A DNA stretch of 64,000 bases from NCBI RefSeq assembly GCF_001194135.2, contig NC_068984.1, positions 59,285,247 through 59,349,246 on the forward strand, in the 5' to 3' direction. Position 1 is the stretch's first letter. Each line of letters opens with the position of its first letter. This stretch comes from Octopus bimaculoides. Taxonomy: Eukaryota. A model generated the notes under the pieces. It was given only the letters and a program-made list of their open reading frames with translations, had not been told where the DNA came from and searched no databases. Shown piece after piece: positions 63,570-64,000 of the stretch. The position numbers and the translations under genes were made by a program.

Positions 63570-63841
63570 CCAACCCTTGCCAGCATGGAAAACAGATGCT
63601 AAATTATATGTATAGTACAGTGGTTCCCAACCCTTTTAATATGCATGGACCCCTTTTAATATGCTTATCCTTATATGGCGTTAGGAAGGGCATCCAGCTG
63701 TAGAAACTCTGCCAAATCAGATTGGAGCCTGGTGTAGCCATCTGGTTCGCCAGTCCTCAGTCAAATCGCCCAACCCATGCCAGCATGGAAAGCGGATGTT
63801 AAACGACGATGATGATGATGATGATATATATATATATATAT

Positions 63842-64000
63842 CAAAGACTCGAGATATTTCGTGTTGCAAGACAGTGTAGGAGAGAGAATAGTGATGTTGT
63901 AGGAGAGAAATGTGTTCGCATGGATGATGGTACGCTTGCATTAAATGAGGATGCAAAGAAAGAGGTCTGGAGATGCCACTACGATAGATTGCTTAATAAA
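63842..64000 (+). mobile_element. RTE-clade LINE ORF fragment (region between endonuclease and RT), running off the window
   Basis: 53 stop-free codons QRLEIFRVARQCRRENSDVVGEKCVRMDDGTLALNEDAKKEVWRCHYDRLLNK, typical of RTE ORFs. Confidence 0.8.

Overview
AT-rich, repeat-dense animal genomic DNA from a draft assembly with four N gaps. The SINE and MITE families match those I recall from Octopus genomes, so the organism call is inference. Two protein-coding genes are visible. (1) RMC1/C18orf8 (regulator of MON1-CCZ1), + strand: 12 internal exons between 9108 and 32136 that splice into 364 stop-free codons. One intron is a U12-type GT-AG intron (19423-21247). I could not find the N-terminal exons or the C-terminal Mic1-domain exons in the window. 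(2) A TMEM121/CECR6-family multipass membrane protein with a single coding exon on the - strand (38107-39021), apparently nested in a >31 kb RMC1 intron. A CpG-rich, probably unmethylated domain at about 50.7-57.8 kb may hold its promoter. The rest is a transposon patchwork: mariner, Tc1, hAT/pogo/piggyBac-type MITEs, a Helitron, DINE/HINE-like elements, RLE-type (R4/Dong-like), RTE and CR1-like LINE pieces, and many SINEs, some in head-to-tail chains. The most unusual element is at 14170-14530. It combines a tRNA-like Pol III head, a Penelope-type minimal hammerhead ribozyme carrying a G12A lesion, and a perfect ~42-bp inverted repeat.
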